From Parcubacteria group bacterium (GTDB lineage Bacteria; Patescibacteriota; Minisyncoccia; Phycocordibacterales; UBA2135), in assembly GCA_016204045.1 (NCBI GenBank), contig JACQLQ010000004.1:164927-228926 (forward strand): 64,000 nucleotides of DNA, in the 5' to 3' direction. Numbering within the stretch: position 1 is the stretch's first letter; the number at the start of each line of letters is the position of its first letter. Below the pieces are notes generated by a model. It was not told where the DNA came from. It saw only the letters and a list, made by a program, of their open reading frames with translations, and did no database searches. Made by a program: the position numbers and the translations under genes. Positions 18,616-27,527 of the stretch are shown here, one piece after another.

Positions 18616-19452
18616 TCAGAAGAGTGTGTTTTTTTCTTTCTTCTTGCGCGTCGAGACGGCAGTGGCAGTCGGCTTTGCTATTTCTTTCTTTGCGTTTGCG
18701 CCACGAATCACTTCGACAGCCGCGTTCCTGTACGCGCAATAGTCGCACTCGGGTGAGGCGTCGGGGATGGCGTCTGCATCAAGTGTTTCTTTGGCATCCT
18801 TGAGCGTCCTGTCTACCCAATCACTCGAGCCAATGTAAGGAATGATCGTCACCTTAAACTCAAGGACACCATCGAAGGCCGCCTTATCCCGTCCGGCATT
18901 GGCGTATACGAAATAACCGGTCTTGGAGACTTTAAAATCATTTTGACGGAAGAGCCACTGATATATCTCCATCTGGCGTTTGTATCCCATCTGCCATTCT
19001 GCGTCTAGAGTCACCTCCGCATCTTTGCTTGTCGCTTTATAGTCGACAATATGGAGCTCGCCTTTGGGATTAACCCACACATCGTCAATCGCGCCATACA
19101 CATGGAAGTTCGTTGGCTTGTGGTAGTAGGCTATTCCCTTAAAGACGTCCCGCCAAATCTCGATGTTGTCGTGCGCCATCGGCACAGCGTCGATGTTGTA
19201 TGTGCTCATGAGTGGGTGCGGTTCACTCCTCTTTCTGTGTGTATCAAACTCTTTTTTCAAAAGCGCGTCGACTGCGCTGTTTAAGTTAAAGGGGAAACCC
19301 GGCGGACGTCCTACGCCAAGACGCCTGTCTACATAGAAACACCGCGGACACTCGATGAAGAGATCAATTTTACTCCGGCTTAATTTGAACGGCTCATTGC
19401 TCCCTGGGGTGTAGAACCCGCTCTTCCGTTTAGCGTTGTAGTATTGCGACAT
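18616..19452 (-). CDS. PD-(D/E)XK nuclease family protein (RecB/Cas4-like, 4-Cys)
   Basis: LSRSKI..F.ECPRCFY, GAIDD, IVDYKAT, Q...Y, CDYCAY; start at MSQYY. Confidence 0.9.
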   Translation of the reverse strand: MSQYYNAKRKSGFYTPGSNEPFKLSRSKIDLFIECPRCFYVDRRLGVGRPPGFPFNLNSAVDALLKKEFDTHRKRSEPHPLMSTYNIDAVPMAHDNIEIWRDVFKGIAYYHKPTNFHVYGAIDDVWVNPKGELHIVDYKATSKDAEVTLDAEWQMGYKRQMEIYQWLFRQNDFKVSKTGYFVYANAGRDKAAFDGVLEFKVTIIPYIGSSDWVDRTLKDAKETLDADAIPDASPECDYCAYRNAAVEVIRGANAKKEIAKPTATAVSTRKKKEKNTLF

Positions 19453-19481
19453 TGCTGTATCGTACCATCCCGCGCAATAAC

Positions 19482-19509
19482 TTGACAAATCACTAAAATT
19501 GTGTATACT
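19482..19509 (+). promoter_or_regulatory. Sigma70-type promoter
   Basis: TTGACA-N16-TATACT. Confidence 0.65.
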
Positions 19510-19544
19510 GCAATGGTAACGCAATTGATCCCAGGAGACCAAGA

Positions 19545-19793
19545 ATGCAGGGTACATGCGAACTGTGCGGACACTCCGTCGGTAGCGGCGGCAACCGCCA
19601 CGCCAAGGGCCACTGTCCGCCGATGCGTGGGCGTAACCCCGTCGATGGTGGCCCGAACCGTCGTGCGCGCAAGCGTACCGCGCGTGCGAAGGCGAAGCCG
19701 CCGACGGTCGACATCGCTCGTGGCGCGCCTGTGAAGGGAACCGGCAAGATCGCCGCGTCTTCCTCCAAGTCGCGCAAGCAGAAGACCGAGTAG
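19545..19793 (+). CDS. Small very basic protein with N-terminal Zn-knuckle-like motif
   Basis: AGGAG RBS; CELCGH...HAKGHCP; K/R-rich tail; GAGAGCCGGAC/GTCCGGCTCTC terminator. Confidence 0.7.
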   Translation: MQGTCELCGHSVGSGGNRHAKGHCPPMRGRNPVDGGPNRRARKRTARAKAKPPTVDIARGAPVKGTGKIAASSSKSRKQKTE

Positions 19794-19870
19794 CCCGCAA
19801 GGGCTTCTCAAAGAGAGCCGGACTCCACGTGGGTCCGGCTCTCATACTTTTTAGAGCGACAGTCACGCTA

Positions 19871-20308
19871 CTAGCGAGCGTATCTTCCTACCAACTCTGC
19901 CCTCTCAAGCACGTGTCCCACCATCTCCTCTTCTAGAGTTTCTTTGTTACTAATCTCCGGAATGCGCAATTCGATATCGAGCGCGTATAGTTTAAAGAAG
20001 TAATGATGCTCATCACGAGGAGGGCACACCCCGCCGTATTCGCGCTTTCCAAAATCATTCCTCCCCTCTACTGCCCCCGGAGGCACCTTGCCCTCTGTAA
20101 TCCCCTTAAGCTTCGGGGAGATGTTCCACACAATCCAATGCACAAAGACCCCATCCGGAGCATCTGGGTCATCTACAGTGAGTACCAAGGTCTGCGTCTC
20201 CTTGGGCACGCCACTCCACGAAAGCGGCGGATTCACTCCCTGTCCGTCGCACGCATATTTGGAGGGCATGGAGGCGTCGTGTTCAAATGCGCTACTTGTT
20301 AGTTGCAT
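19871..20308 (-). CDS. YbhB/YbcL (PEBP) family protein
   Basis: NPPLSW, DDPDAP.G.FVHW, HHYFFKLYALD. Confidence 0.93.
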   Translation of the reverse strand: MQLTSSAFEHDASMPSKYACDGQGVNPPLSWSGVPKETQTLVLTVDDPDAPDGVFVHWIVWNISPKLKGITEGKVPPGAVEGRNDFGKREYGGVCPPRDEHHYFFKLYALDIELRIPEISNKETLEEEMVGHVLERAELVGRYAR

Positions 20309-20320
20309 AGTTGTAGTATA

Positions 20321-20596
20321 TCAAATTACGCCCGGATAACCTTCTTTCTTGAGAAGCTCTACCTTCCTTTCTCGACCCCGATTATACCCGCCCATACTGC
20401 CGTCGGAACGAATGACGCGGTGGCACGGTATCGCGGGGTCATAGTTTGTTTTTAAAATAGCACCCACAGATCTCGCCGCACGCGGAGCCCCCGCGCGCTT
20501 TGCGACTTCGCCATACGTCATCGCCTCCCCTCTCGGGATTTTTGAAACAACAGCAAGTACTTTTTTGCGAAATGTTATTTTCGATATTTGAGCCAT
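20321..20596 (-). CDS. ogt: MGMT/Ogt family O6-alkylguanine DNA alkyltransferase
   Basis: IPRGEAMTYGEVA, ARSVG, IPCHRVI active site. Confidence 0.9.
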   Translation of the reverse strand: MAQISKITFRKKVLAVVSKIPRGEAMTYGEVAKRAGAPRAARSVGAILKTNYDPAIPCHRVIRSDGSMGGYNRGRERKVELLKKEGYPGVI

Positions 20597-20829
20597 AGTC
20601 TTTTAAACAACGGCATAGTGAGTGTGGAGATCATAAATGCCACAGCGGGCACGATGGCGTGGAGCCATGGCCTCGGAATATCAATCACCCACAGATAAAC
20701 ACCCACCGCGAGATAGGTGAAAAGCAAAAGTAAGAGGCGTCGCATCAAAGACGTCTCCCACGCCTTGTCGGCCTCCACCTTTTCATTTCTCTCTTCTATT
20801 TGTTTGACCCGTGTTTCTATATCTGTCAT
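20575..20829 (-). CDS. Small conserved membrane protein
   Basis: IEERN.KVEADKAWETS..RR followed by two TM helices. Confidence 0.75.
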   Translation of the reverse strand: MTDIETRVKQIEERNEKVEADKAWETSLMRRLLLLLFTYLAVGVYLWVIDIPRPWLHAIVPAVAFMISTLTMPLFKRLWLKYRK

Positions 20830-20831
20830 AT

Positions 20832-21251
20832 CTATTTCACAATACTCCCCGGAGGAACTTCCTCCGCTGGGTGAAGCAGTGTAGGGCGACCCGCATTATC
20901 TGCGGCGAGCATCATCCCCTGACTCTCGTAGCCACGGAGCATCCTCGGCGCAAGGTTCACGATCACGGGCACTTCTTTGCCAATGAGTGACGCCGGGTCT
21001 TCGATGAACTCCGCAATCCCTGCCATGATTTGCCTCTGCTCACCCCCAAAGTCAAAAATGATTTTGATAAGCTTGTCCGCATCAGGCACTTTTTCTGCTG
21101 AAACGACTTTGCCAATTCTGATATTCAATTTTTTGAAATCGTCTATAGTCACCGTCTTGTTGGCGGGCGCTGCATTTGCAGTATTTGCGTCTTTTGCACT
21201 CGTTGACCCGCCTGCGCGCGGCGCGCCGGCAGGTATATTGGTAGGTTCCAT
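20832..21251 (-). CDS. Free-standing tRNA-binding OB domain (MetRS C-terminal/CsaA/Trbp111-like)
   Basis: IDDFKKLNIRIG, ADKL, NLAPR.LRGYESQGMMLA. Confidence 0.9.
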   Translation of the reverse strand: MEPTNIPAGAPRAGGSTSAKDANTANAAPANKTVTIDDFKKLNIRIGKVVSAEKVPDADKLIKIIFDFGGEQRQIMAGIAEFIEDPASLIGKEVPVIVNLAPRMLRGYESQGMMLAADNAGRPTLLHPAEEVPPGSIVK

Positions 21252-21307
21252 ATTTGCTTATCCTAGCAAAAAGATTATGCTTGGTGAAGAAACTATGGGG
21301 ACATGAC

Positions 21308-21931
21308 ATGCGTGCTCTGTCTTCAGGACTAACCATCCCCTGGCGTGCAAGTGAGGCGGTACGACGCCTCAAAGAAGAGAGCGCTTTTTCATTCAGGCTC
21401 TGCGACGAGATGCTACTCCGGAGACTCGTGGGAGAAGCGTTGAGCTATGAATATAACGATCAAGATGAGCGAGTCAATAAACATGGCGTACGTCAAAAAC
21501 TTGGAACTTTCGAGGCGTTCCCCACACAGAGTCTTTTCCCTCGCCTTCGAGATCTTGTCTTAGCACTCCTTCAGTCCAAGTTTGAAACTCTTTCGGAGTA
21601 TCCATTCAAGACCCCACTCTTTTTGAACAGTGTTGTTCTTCAGCGTTATAAAAAGGGACCACTCGGTATCACTCCTCACATTGATGGCCCGTCGAGACGC
21701 AACCTCGTCTGCGTCCTTGTGCTTGCTGGTGAAGGCGATTTCGCGCTTCACGACGACAAGGACGGTAAAAATACACGAACGATTGAGGCACCCCCGGGAC
21801 ACATGATCATGATGCGAGCCCCAGGTTTTCTTGGGGAGGACTTCCAACCTGTTCATTCTATTACCAACATAACCGAAGATCGGTATATTGTCGGGTTGCG
21901 CGAACGCGTAGCCCCACCAAGCAGCGTCTAA
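21308..21931 (+). CDS. 2OG-Fe(II) dioxygenase (AlkB-like)
   Basis: HxD (PHIDG), distal H (PVHSI), R.....R (RYIVGLR). Confidence 0.8.
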   Translation: MRALSSGLTIPWRASEAVRRLKEESAFSFRLCDEMLLRRLVGEALSYEYNDQDERVNKHGVRQKLGTFEAFPTQSLFPRLRDLVLALLQSKFETLSEYPFKTPLFLNSVVLQRYKKGPLGITPHIDGPSRRNLVCVLVLAGEGDFALHDDKDGKNTRTIEAPPGHMIMMRAPGFLGEDFQPVHSITNITEDRYIVGLRERVAPPSSV

Positions 21932-22278
21932 GAACGCTGTTTTTTAATGACGACACCCGGGACTCCATTGTCCCAGATCTTCATTTTCTCAATAGAGACC
22001 TGCACCGAAAGAATGCGTGGATTCTCGAGAATCTTTTCTGCAATGCGATTTGCTAATGCTTCGAGGAGAAAGAAGGACGGTCCACGCACAACGCTTTCTG
22101 CTATATCCTTGACCTCTTTGTAATTAATCGTGTCGGCAAGATCATCCGACTTTTCTGCTTTAGCAGTGTCTGCCTCAAGCTCAATAGCAATACGAAATGG
22201 CTGTTCGCGTTCTTGTTCTTTGGCATTTACTCCATGAATGCCGGAGACTATGAGATTTCGCACAAAGATAGTACTCAT
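21928..22278 (-). CDS. folB: Dihydroneopterin aldolase
   Basis: HGV...E...EQ.F, D.L.DTINY, LLEALA. Confidence 0.9.
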   Translation of the reverse strand: MSTIFVRNLIVSGIHGVNAKEQEREQPFRIAIELEADTAKAEKSDDLADTINYKEVKDIAESVVRGPSFFLLEALANRIAEKILENPRILSVQVSIEKMKIWDNGVPGVVIKKQRS

Positions 22279-22294
22279 GATCGTTGGTGAACCC

Positions 22295-23362
22295 TTATCT
22301 TACCTCACCAATAACACCTCCGCCAAAACACTCTTCGCCTTTTGCGTCATAGATAACGAGCGACTGCCCAGGCGCAACACCACTCTGTGGTTCTGTGAAA
22401 GTAACCGAGGTTCCCTTTACGCTCGCTCTAACCAAAGGCTGCCGATAGCGATACCTCACCATATACTCTGCGTACCCGTCGAAGGGGCGCCCCTGAATCA
22501 TGTTCGCATCCTCAAGAATAATCTCCTTCACCTTCCCAGGCATTTCTGGTTTCCTCGGCGACACGGTGACGGTATTTTGAGCGATATCTTTCGCGACTAC
22601 ATAATGCGGTGGATCATTCGGAGTTTTTTTGGTCAGCGTGAAGCCGTGCCGTTGTCCTATCGTAAGGTAGAATGCCCCCTCGTGATGCCCCACTACCTCC
22701 CCCGCCTCATTCAAAACATCTCCGCGCTTGGGCGGCATAAAGTGCCCGAGAAATTCCCGCATGGGAAACTCGCCGACAAAACAGAGTCCTTGGCTGTCTC
22801 TACGTAGAGCATTCGGAAGTCCGCGCTCGCGTGCCATCTCACGGACCTTACTCTTCTCGTAGTCACCGATGGGGAATAAGACATGCTGTAGTTGGTCTTG
22901 TGTGAGAGTCCAGAGAAAATACGATTGATCTTTAGCTCCATCGCGACCAGAGAGCATAGACACAACCTCGCCATTCGTCATGACTCGAGCATGGTGTCCC
23001 GTAGCGATAAAGTCGGCACCCATAGCGCGAGCTTTTTTAAAAAAAGAGCCGAATTTAATCTGTCGATTGCACATGACATCCGGGTTGGGGGTTCTGCCCG
23101 TTTTGTATTCGCGCACCATGTAGTCCACTACCTCGCGCTTGTAATCGTCTGCAAAATCAAAAACAAGAAAGGGAACGCCAATGTGCGCCGCAGCACGACG
23201 CGCTACTTCTTCGTCATCTGTCCGCGTACACTCGAGGAAGTCCGGTTTCCAGACACGGATAAAAACGCCAGTTACATCGTAACCCGCTTCTTTGAGGAGC
23301 GCCGCTGATACCGAACTGTCGACGCCACCACTCATGCCAACAAAAACCTTCTTCTTCTCCAT
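22295..23362 (-). CDS. mnmA: tRNA 2-thiouridylase
   Basis: GMSGGVDSSV, GRTPNPDVMCN..IKF, ATGH, KDQSYFL, DSQGLCF, TIGQR. Confidence 0.97.
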   Translation of the reverse strand: MEKKKVFVGMSGGVDSSVSAALLKEAGYDVTGVFIRVWKPDFLECTRTDDEEVARRAAAHIGVPFLVFDFADDYKREVVDYMVREYKTGRTPNPDVMCNRQIKFGSFFKKARAMGADFIATGHHARVMTNGEVVSMLSGRDGAKDQSYFLWTLTQDQLQHVLFPIGDYEKSKVREMARERGLPNALRRDSQGLCFVGEFPMREFLGHFMPPKRGDVLNEAGEVVGHHEGAFYLTIGQRHGFTLTKKTPNDPPHYVVAKDIAQNTVTVSPRKPEMPGKVKEIILEDANMIQGRPFDGYAEYMVRYRYRQPLVRASVKGTSVTFTEPQSGVAPGQSLVIYDAKGEECFGGGVIGEVR

Positions 23363-23435
23363 GGGTCAATTCTACAGAACTTGACAACCTTTGCAAATGT
23401 TGCCACTCTTCCTTTAGAAGATACTGGCGGTGTGC

Positions 23436-23846
23436 ATGTTCAGACGATTCCTGAATCTCTTCTTTTGGGAAGTGTTCGACGAAAAAATTCCGGATGCAAA
23501 GGAAATCGCCAGGTATATTCAAAGGCGCTCTCTTACCCTTAACCACGCCGAGCGTGCTGAGTGGCAAAAGGCGGTGCAAGGCTATCATTTACGAACCTTT
23601 ATATTTGCCGTGTGCGGATTTGGCTCTGGCATGTACCTCGCTTTCTGCCTAGCCAACGGATACCTGACATTGTTGCTCGGATACCCGTTGCTGCCCTGGG
23701 CACTCCGAGGCATTATGGCACTGCTCCTTGTTATTGGTATGTCGGGGTTAGTGCGGCAACAATTACTCAACCTCTCCCGCGCCGCCGGGATGACAATACA
23801 ACGATTCGACAGTGACAAAAAGGATAATTGGGAGAAACCTGCCTAG
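23436..23846 (+). CDS. Hypothetical membrane protein
   Basis: Two to three hydrophobic segments; TTGACA upstream; terminator hairpin at stop. Confidence 0.55.
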   Translation: MFRRFLNLFFWEVFDEKIPDAKEIARYIQRRSLTLNHAERAEWQKAVQGYHLRTFIFAVCGFGSGMYLAFCLANGYLTLLLGYPLLPWALRGIMALLLVIGMSGLVRQQLLNLSRAAGMTIQRFDSDKKDNWEKPA

Positions 23847-23907
23847 AAAGGCAGGTTTTTGATTGGAGACAATCTGTGGACATGCGCTGCCGATGCGGCA
23901 AGAACAC

Positions 23908-24933
23908 TTACGGCAAGTACCTCGCCTTTTTTACCTTGTGCTCGTCGAAGGTTCGACTGAAATGGATGTTTGAAGCGAGGTCCGAAAGGTAGAACAGGTA
24001 GGGTGTCTCCCGAGGATTGAGCGTCGCGCGTATAGCAAGCAACCCTGGGTTCACGATAGGGCCAGGCGGAAGACCTTTATGTTTATACGTATTGTACGGA
24101 GATTCGTTCTTGCGGAGGTCTTCGAGGGTGAGATCGAAGGTCGTCTTGCCGTTGATGTAGAGAAATGTTGCATCGACTTGAAGCGGCATCCCAATCTCGA
24201 TTCTCTTCCAAAGCAACCCGGCTATCACCCGCATGTCCTCGTATGTGTACGCTTCCTTCTCTAGGAGTGACGCCATGGTCAAAATCTCATGAATAGTGTG
24301 TCCGCTCATGAGCACTTCCTCTTCGAAATCTTTGAGCTTCAACTTGAAGTTATTGGTAAGGGCCAAGAGGACAGTTCGCGGTTCGACTTTGGGTAAAAAG
24401 TAATAGGTATCCGGGAAAAGATACCCCTCGTCATTATCCGCAATGCGCAAAAACTCTTCGTCATCAAAATTGGGGAACTTTTGTTTCATGACAAGCGCAA
24501 TTTCCTTGTTCGAGACGCCTTCAGGGAAAGTGACTCTGATCGGGTTAAGCCCATGCTGTCCGTGTGTGAGACGCCATGCAATGGTAAGGACGTTTTGCGG
24601 CTTGGGTAGGAAGTATTCGGCTGATTGGATGCCTCCTTCCCCCCTCAATACAAAAACAAGCGCCTTCAACATAAACGGGGATTGAACAATCTTTCGCTCA
24701 TCCAACACCCGCGCGGCTTCAGTAAGGGTCATCCCTTTTTCGATCGAGATCAAGGACCCGCTTGGGAATCCAATAGGGGCGCTTATAAAAAAGAAAAAAA
24801 AGACGAGGACGAGGGTTGCCCCACCGTAGACGGTTATTCGCATCCGTTTGCTCTGGGGCAAATGGAGATACCCTTTCGCTCGGTCTATATACGGGCGGAG
24901 TGTTTGTGAGAGATTTTTGAGATTAGAAAACAT
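23908..24933 (-). CDS. mltG: Endolytic transglycosylase MltG (YceG)
   Basis: EGYLFPDTY, ASLLEKE, LQVDAT, SPYNTY..GLPPGPI.NPG. Confidence 0.96.
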   Translation of the reverse strand: MFSNLKNLSQTLRPYIDRAKGYLHLPQSKRMRITVYGGATLVLVFFFFFISAPIGFPSGSLISIEKGMTLTEAARVLDERKIVQSPFMLKALVFVLRGEGGIQSAEYFLPKPQNVLTIAWRLTHGQHGLNPIRVTFPEGVSNKEIALVMKQKFPNFDDEEFLRIADNDEGYLFPDTYYFLPKVEPRTVLLALTNNFKLKLKDFEEEVLMSGHTIHEILTMASLLEKEAYTYEDMRVIAGLLWKRIEIGMPLQVDATFLYINGKTTFDLTLEDLRKNESPYNTYKHKGLPPGPIVNPGLLAIRATLNPRETPYLFYLSDLASNIHFSRTFDEHKVKKARYLP

Positions 24934-24950
24934 GTCGTAGGAGTTGGAAC

Positions 24951-26273
24951 TTATGTCGGTAAATTAGTCGGCGGTTCTGCTCTCCTCGACTCAATACGCG
25001 GGTATGACGGAGTCTCTGCAACACTTCCTGGGAAGTGGAATATTGAAGCGAGCTCTTCCACGTTCAAGACAAACATCTTACGTTCGTATGGAGGGTGGAC
25101 CCAAGAGCGTTTTCGATATGCGTCAAAAAACGTCCATTTTTTGTATGCTTGTCGAAATCCCCGCGGAGAAAAAGGTGGCACACCCAAGTTGCCGCCTGGC
25201 TGCACGGGAATGTTGACGTACTTCTGCCATGGATAATCGAGTTCTGTGTGGTCCCGCGGGACAAGGGCGTTTATCCCGTTAAACGGCCTAGGAAAACCAA
25301 AGAGCCCTCCGGAGTTTGCGGGATTAAACACCTCCTTTTTCCCGAGGTAGAGCGCACGAACGCCGCAGTCAAAGCCGAGTTTGCCCACCTTCCTGCCGAT
25401 TGCCTTGATGACCTCGCGCTCCCCCTCGGTCAAAGAGGAAAAACGAAAATCCCCTTCCGCGTCTTCGGGTAACGGCCCCGAGCGCTCCTTTGCCTTTTCC
25501 ATAATACCTTCAATTGCCTTCTTTCCCTCGTCCTGCCAGTCTGACGCCTCACCAAAGAGTGGCGTCGGGTCTTTCTTGCCCTTGGTCGCTCGAACAAAGA
25601 TTTGTATCCAAATCTGTTCACCCCTTCCGATTCCTCCCAAAAATTCGATGAGTGGCGTCATGGGGTCAATCTTAAACTCCTCCTTCGGGTCCTTGTTCAG
25701 GTTGTAATCGATGTAGGTTGAAAGCGGGAACGGATCAGGACTACGAAGTTTGAACTCAACCCCCACAAGGTTCCAGTCGCTATCTTTTTTTGCGAAGGTG
25801 ACGCCGGGTGTGTAATCCTCGACCACCTTCACCTCGGCGGCCGGGAATTGGGAGTAGATCTGTGTCTCGATGTACTTCACGAAACCGGCCCGTGTCCAGA
25901 TGTAGAAGTGGATTGCCCCTTCTATCGAAACCGCCTCGAGAGTAAAGTAGGTTCTCGTCTTGCCCAAGATAAACTTGTCGTACCACGTCGTCTCACCGAT
26001 CGTCACATAGAGCGCATTCAAAACGACCTCCATGGCAAGCGGGGATTTCGGCTGTTCACGAGGAACCTTGATCTCGATGATTGCGTATTTCTGCTCCGAG
26101 AGAAACCGGGCACGGACATATGGCACCCAGACACTCCAAAACACGAGGAGGAGCGCTGGCGGGAGTGAAACCGGCGCCATGACAAGCGCATTTGAAAACA
26201 CTACCGCAAATGCGTCGCGCGCAAAGAATATGAATGTCAAAAGTGTCTGGAGCGAGACGAGACCCATTTCCAT
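24951..26273 (-). CDS. Membrane-anchored conserved hypothetical protein (CPR type, resembles the region N-terminal to TraD/VirB4-like ATPases)
   Basis: EIKVP......P.AME, IYSQFP.AE....EDY, DP...L.E.L, LNVEELASIFHFP...PP.NLP pattern; family assignment from memory. Confidence 0.65.
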   Translation of the reverse strand: MEMGLVSLQTLLTFIFFARDAFAVVFSNALVMAPVSLPPALLLVFWSVWVPYVRARFLSEQKYAIIEIKVPREQPKSPLAMEVVLNALYVTIGETTWYDKFILGKTRTYFTLEAVSIEGAIHFYIWTRAGFVKYIETQIYSQFPAAEVKVVEDYTPGVTFAKKDSDWNLVGVEFKLRSPDPFPLSTYIDYNLNKDPKEEFKIDPMTPLIEFLGGIGRGEQIWIQIFVRATKGKKDPTPLFGEASDWQDEGKKAIEGIMEKAKERSGPLPEDAEGDFRFSSLTEGEREVIKAIGRKVGKLGFDCGVRALYLGKKEVFNPANSGGLFGFPRPFNGINALVPRDHTELDYPWQKYVNIPVQPGGNLGVPPFSPRGFRQAYKKWTFFDAYRKRSWVHPPYERKMFVLNVEELASIFHFPGSVAETPSYPRIESRRAEPPTNLPT

Positions 26274-26364
26274 ATTGGTTTTATTATACCCCAATAGAAA
26301 AATCGAGACAACGAAAAACCGACCTGATGAGCATCGGGCCGGTTTTTCGTTGCTATTCTAGATG

Positions 26365-27399
26365 CTAGACAAGTCTGTATTTGCCATCTCCGTCCTTCTT
26401 GAAATATTTCTTGTTCTGGAGGTTAACGACAACAGTGTTCTCTTTGACGTAGCGCTCTTTAAGCACTCGCTCGACGAGCTCCTCGCGCGAGAGACACTCT
26501 TCTTCTCCCAGGATGCGACAAATGATGTCGCGCACAATCCCGTTTGAGTACCCCCATTCCGAGAGACCATAGAGTCCACGTCCTACCAATACGAAACGTT
26601 TCTTGTCCTTAATGAGTTCGTTGTGGCATGTGGCAACGTGAGCTGACCTGCCAAAGAGTTTCTCGATTGCTTTCGCCACTTCAGTGAAGTGGAGTGGTGA
26701 ACCGTGTCGGCGAATTACCAAGTATGCGTAGTCGCGGATACCGCGTGCGCGAATATTAGGTGAAGACGCAAGACCCCATTCTCCAAGCGGGTTTGAACCA
26801 ATAACTTTAGAGAGTGCGAGCCAGCGTTTTGCTACTTCGGGGTTGTCCTTGAATTCAGCGGGGACACCAGCAAGTCGGCGTTGGAACGAGTTGAGCAACT
26901 CTTCTTCCGGAATCAAATCGTCTTCGCCGAGTGTTTGGAAGAGTCCGTGGAGTGCTTGGTGCACGATCTTTGAAACCCCCTCGTCGACACTCCAGCGGTG
27001 TGTGAAGTGTTGATCTTCTTTTCTTCGCTCAAATGTTTCTCCTAGTACGAGAATGAAGTGGAAGTGGTTTTGTGTGCTTTGATCTTTCGCCAAGAGTTCC
27101 AATAGGTGCTCCTCAGGGAGGACTGCGCCGTGGGAGTAGATGTGTGAGCGCAATCCCTCGAGCATCTCTTCTTCTGTTTTGTAGGCTTCGGACTTCTTAA
27201 TAGTCTGGAGTGCGAAGTTTTCAATCTGACGCACTCGTTCGCGAGTAATACCGTATTGCTGTCCAATTGATTCGAGTGTGCGGCGTTCCGGCGAAGTGCC
27301 CAAGCCAAATCGGGAGACGACAACATCGCGTGCTCGGTCCGGGAGGACGCTGAGCAAGTTTTTATTGAGCTGTTTTGGTTTGAAGCTAGATATCTCCAT
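26365..27399 (-). CDS. Sigma70 region-4 HTH + HARE-HTH (RNAP delta-like) protein
   Basis: TLESIGQQYGITRERVRQIE; PLHF.EVA; HNELIKD.RFVLVGRGLYGL.EW. Confidence 0.88.
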   Translation of the reverse strand: MEISSFKPKQLNKNLLSVLPDRARDVVVSRFGLGTSPERRTLESIGQQYGITRERVRQIENFALQTIKKSEAYKTEEEMLEGLRSHIYSHGAVLPEEHLLELLAKDQSTQNHFHFILVLGETFERRKEDQHFTHRWSVDEGVSKIVHQALHGLFQTLGEDDLIPEEELLNSFQRRLAGVPAEFKDNPEVAKRWLALSKVIGSNPLGEWGLASSPNIRARGIRDYAYLVIRRHGSPLHFTEVAKAIEKLFGRSAHVATCHNELIKDKKRFVLVGRGLYGLSEWGYSNGIVRDIICRILGEEECLSREELVERVLKERYVKENTVVVNLQNKKYFKKDGDGKYRLV

Positions 27400-27527
27400 G
27401 AACGATTAGATTACACCACGCTATGTATAATATTTGAGAATACCCCATTACATCTATACCTGTCAAGCCCCCCTCCCCAAAGCACTGGTTCTGCCCCTTC
27501 CGCCTTTTATTTCCTTGGATTTCTACC

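Noticed and set aside
18616-19452. Cas4 / CRISPR system
   Set aside because: No repeat-spacer array or other cas genes seen in the window
19453-19866. N-terminal extension of the PD-(D/E)XK ORF
   Set aside because: Overlaps a divergent gene with its own promoter, RBS and terminator; family similarity begins at MSQYY
19858-19867. GACAGTCACG partial match to the RAYT-linked site
   Set aside because: Only 10 bp, lacks the GGGG and AAT/ATT ends; compatible with chance
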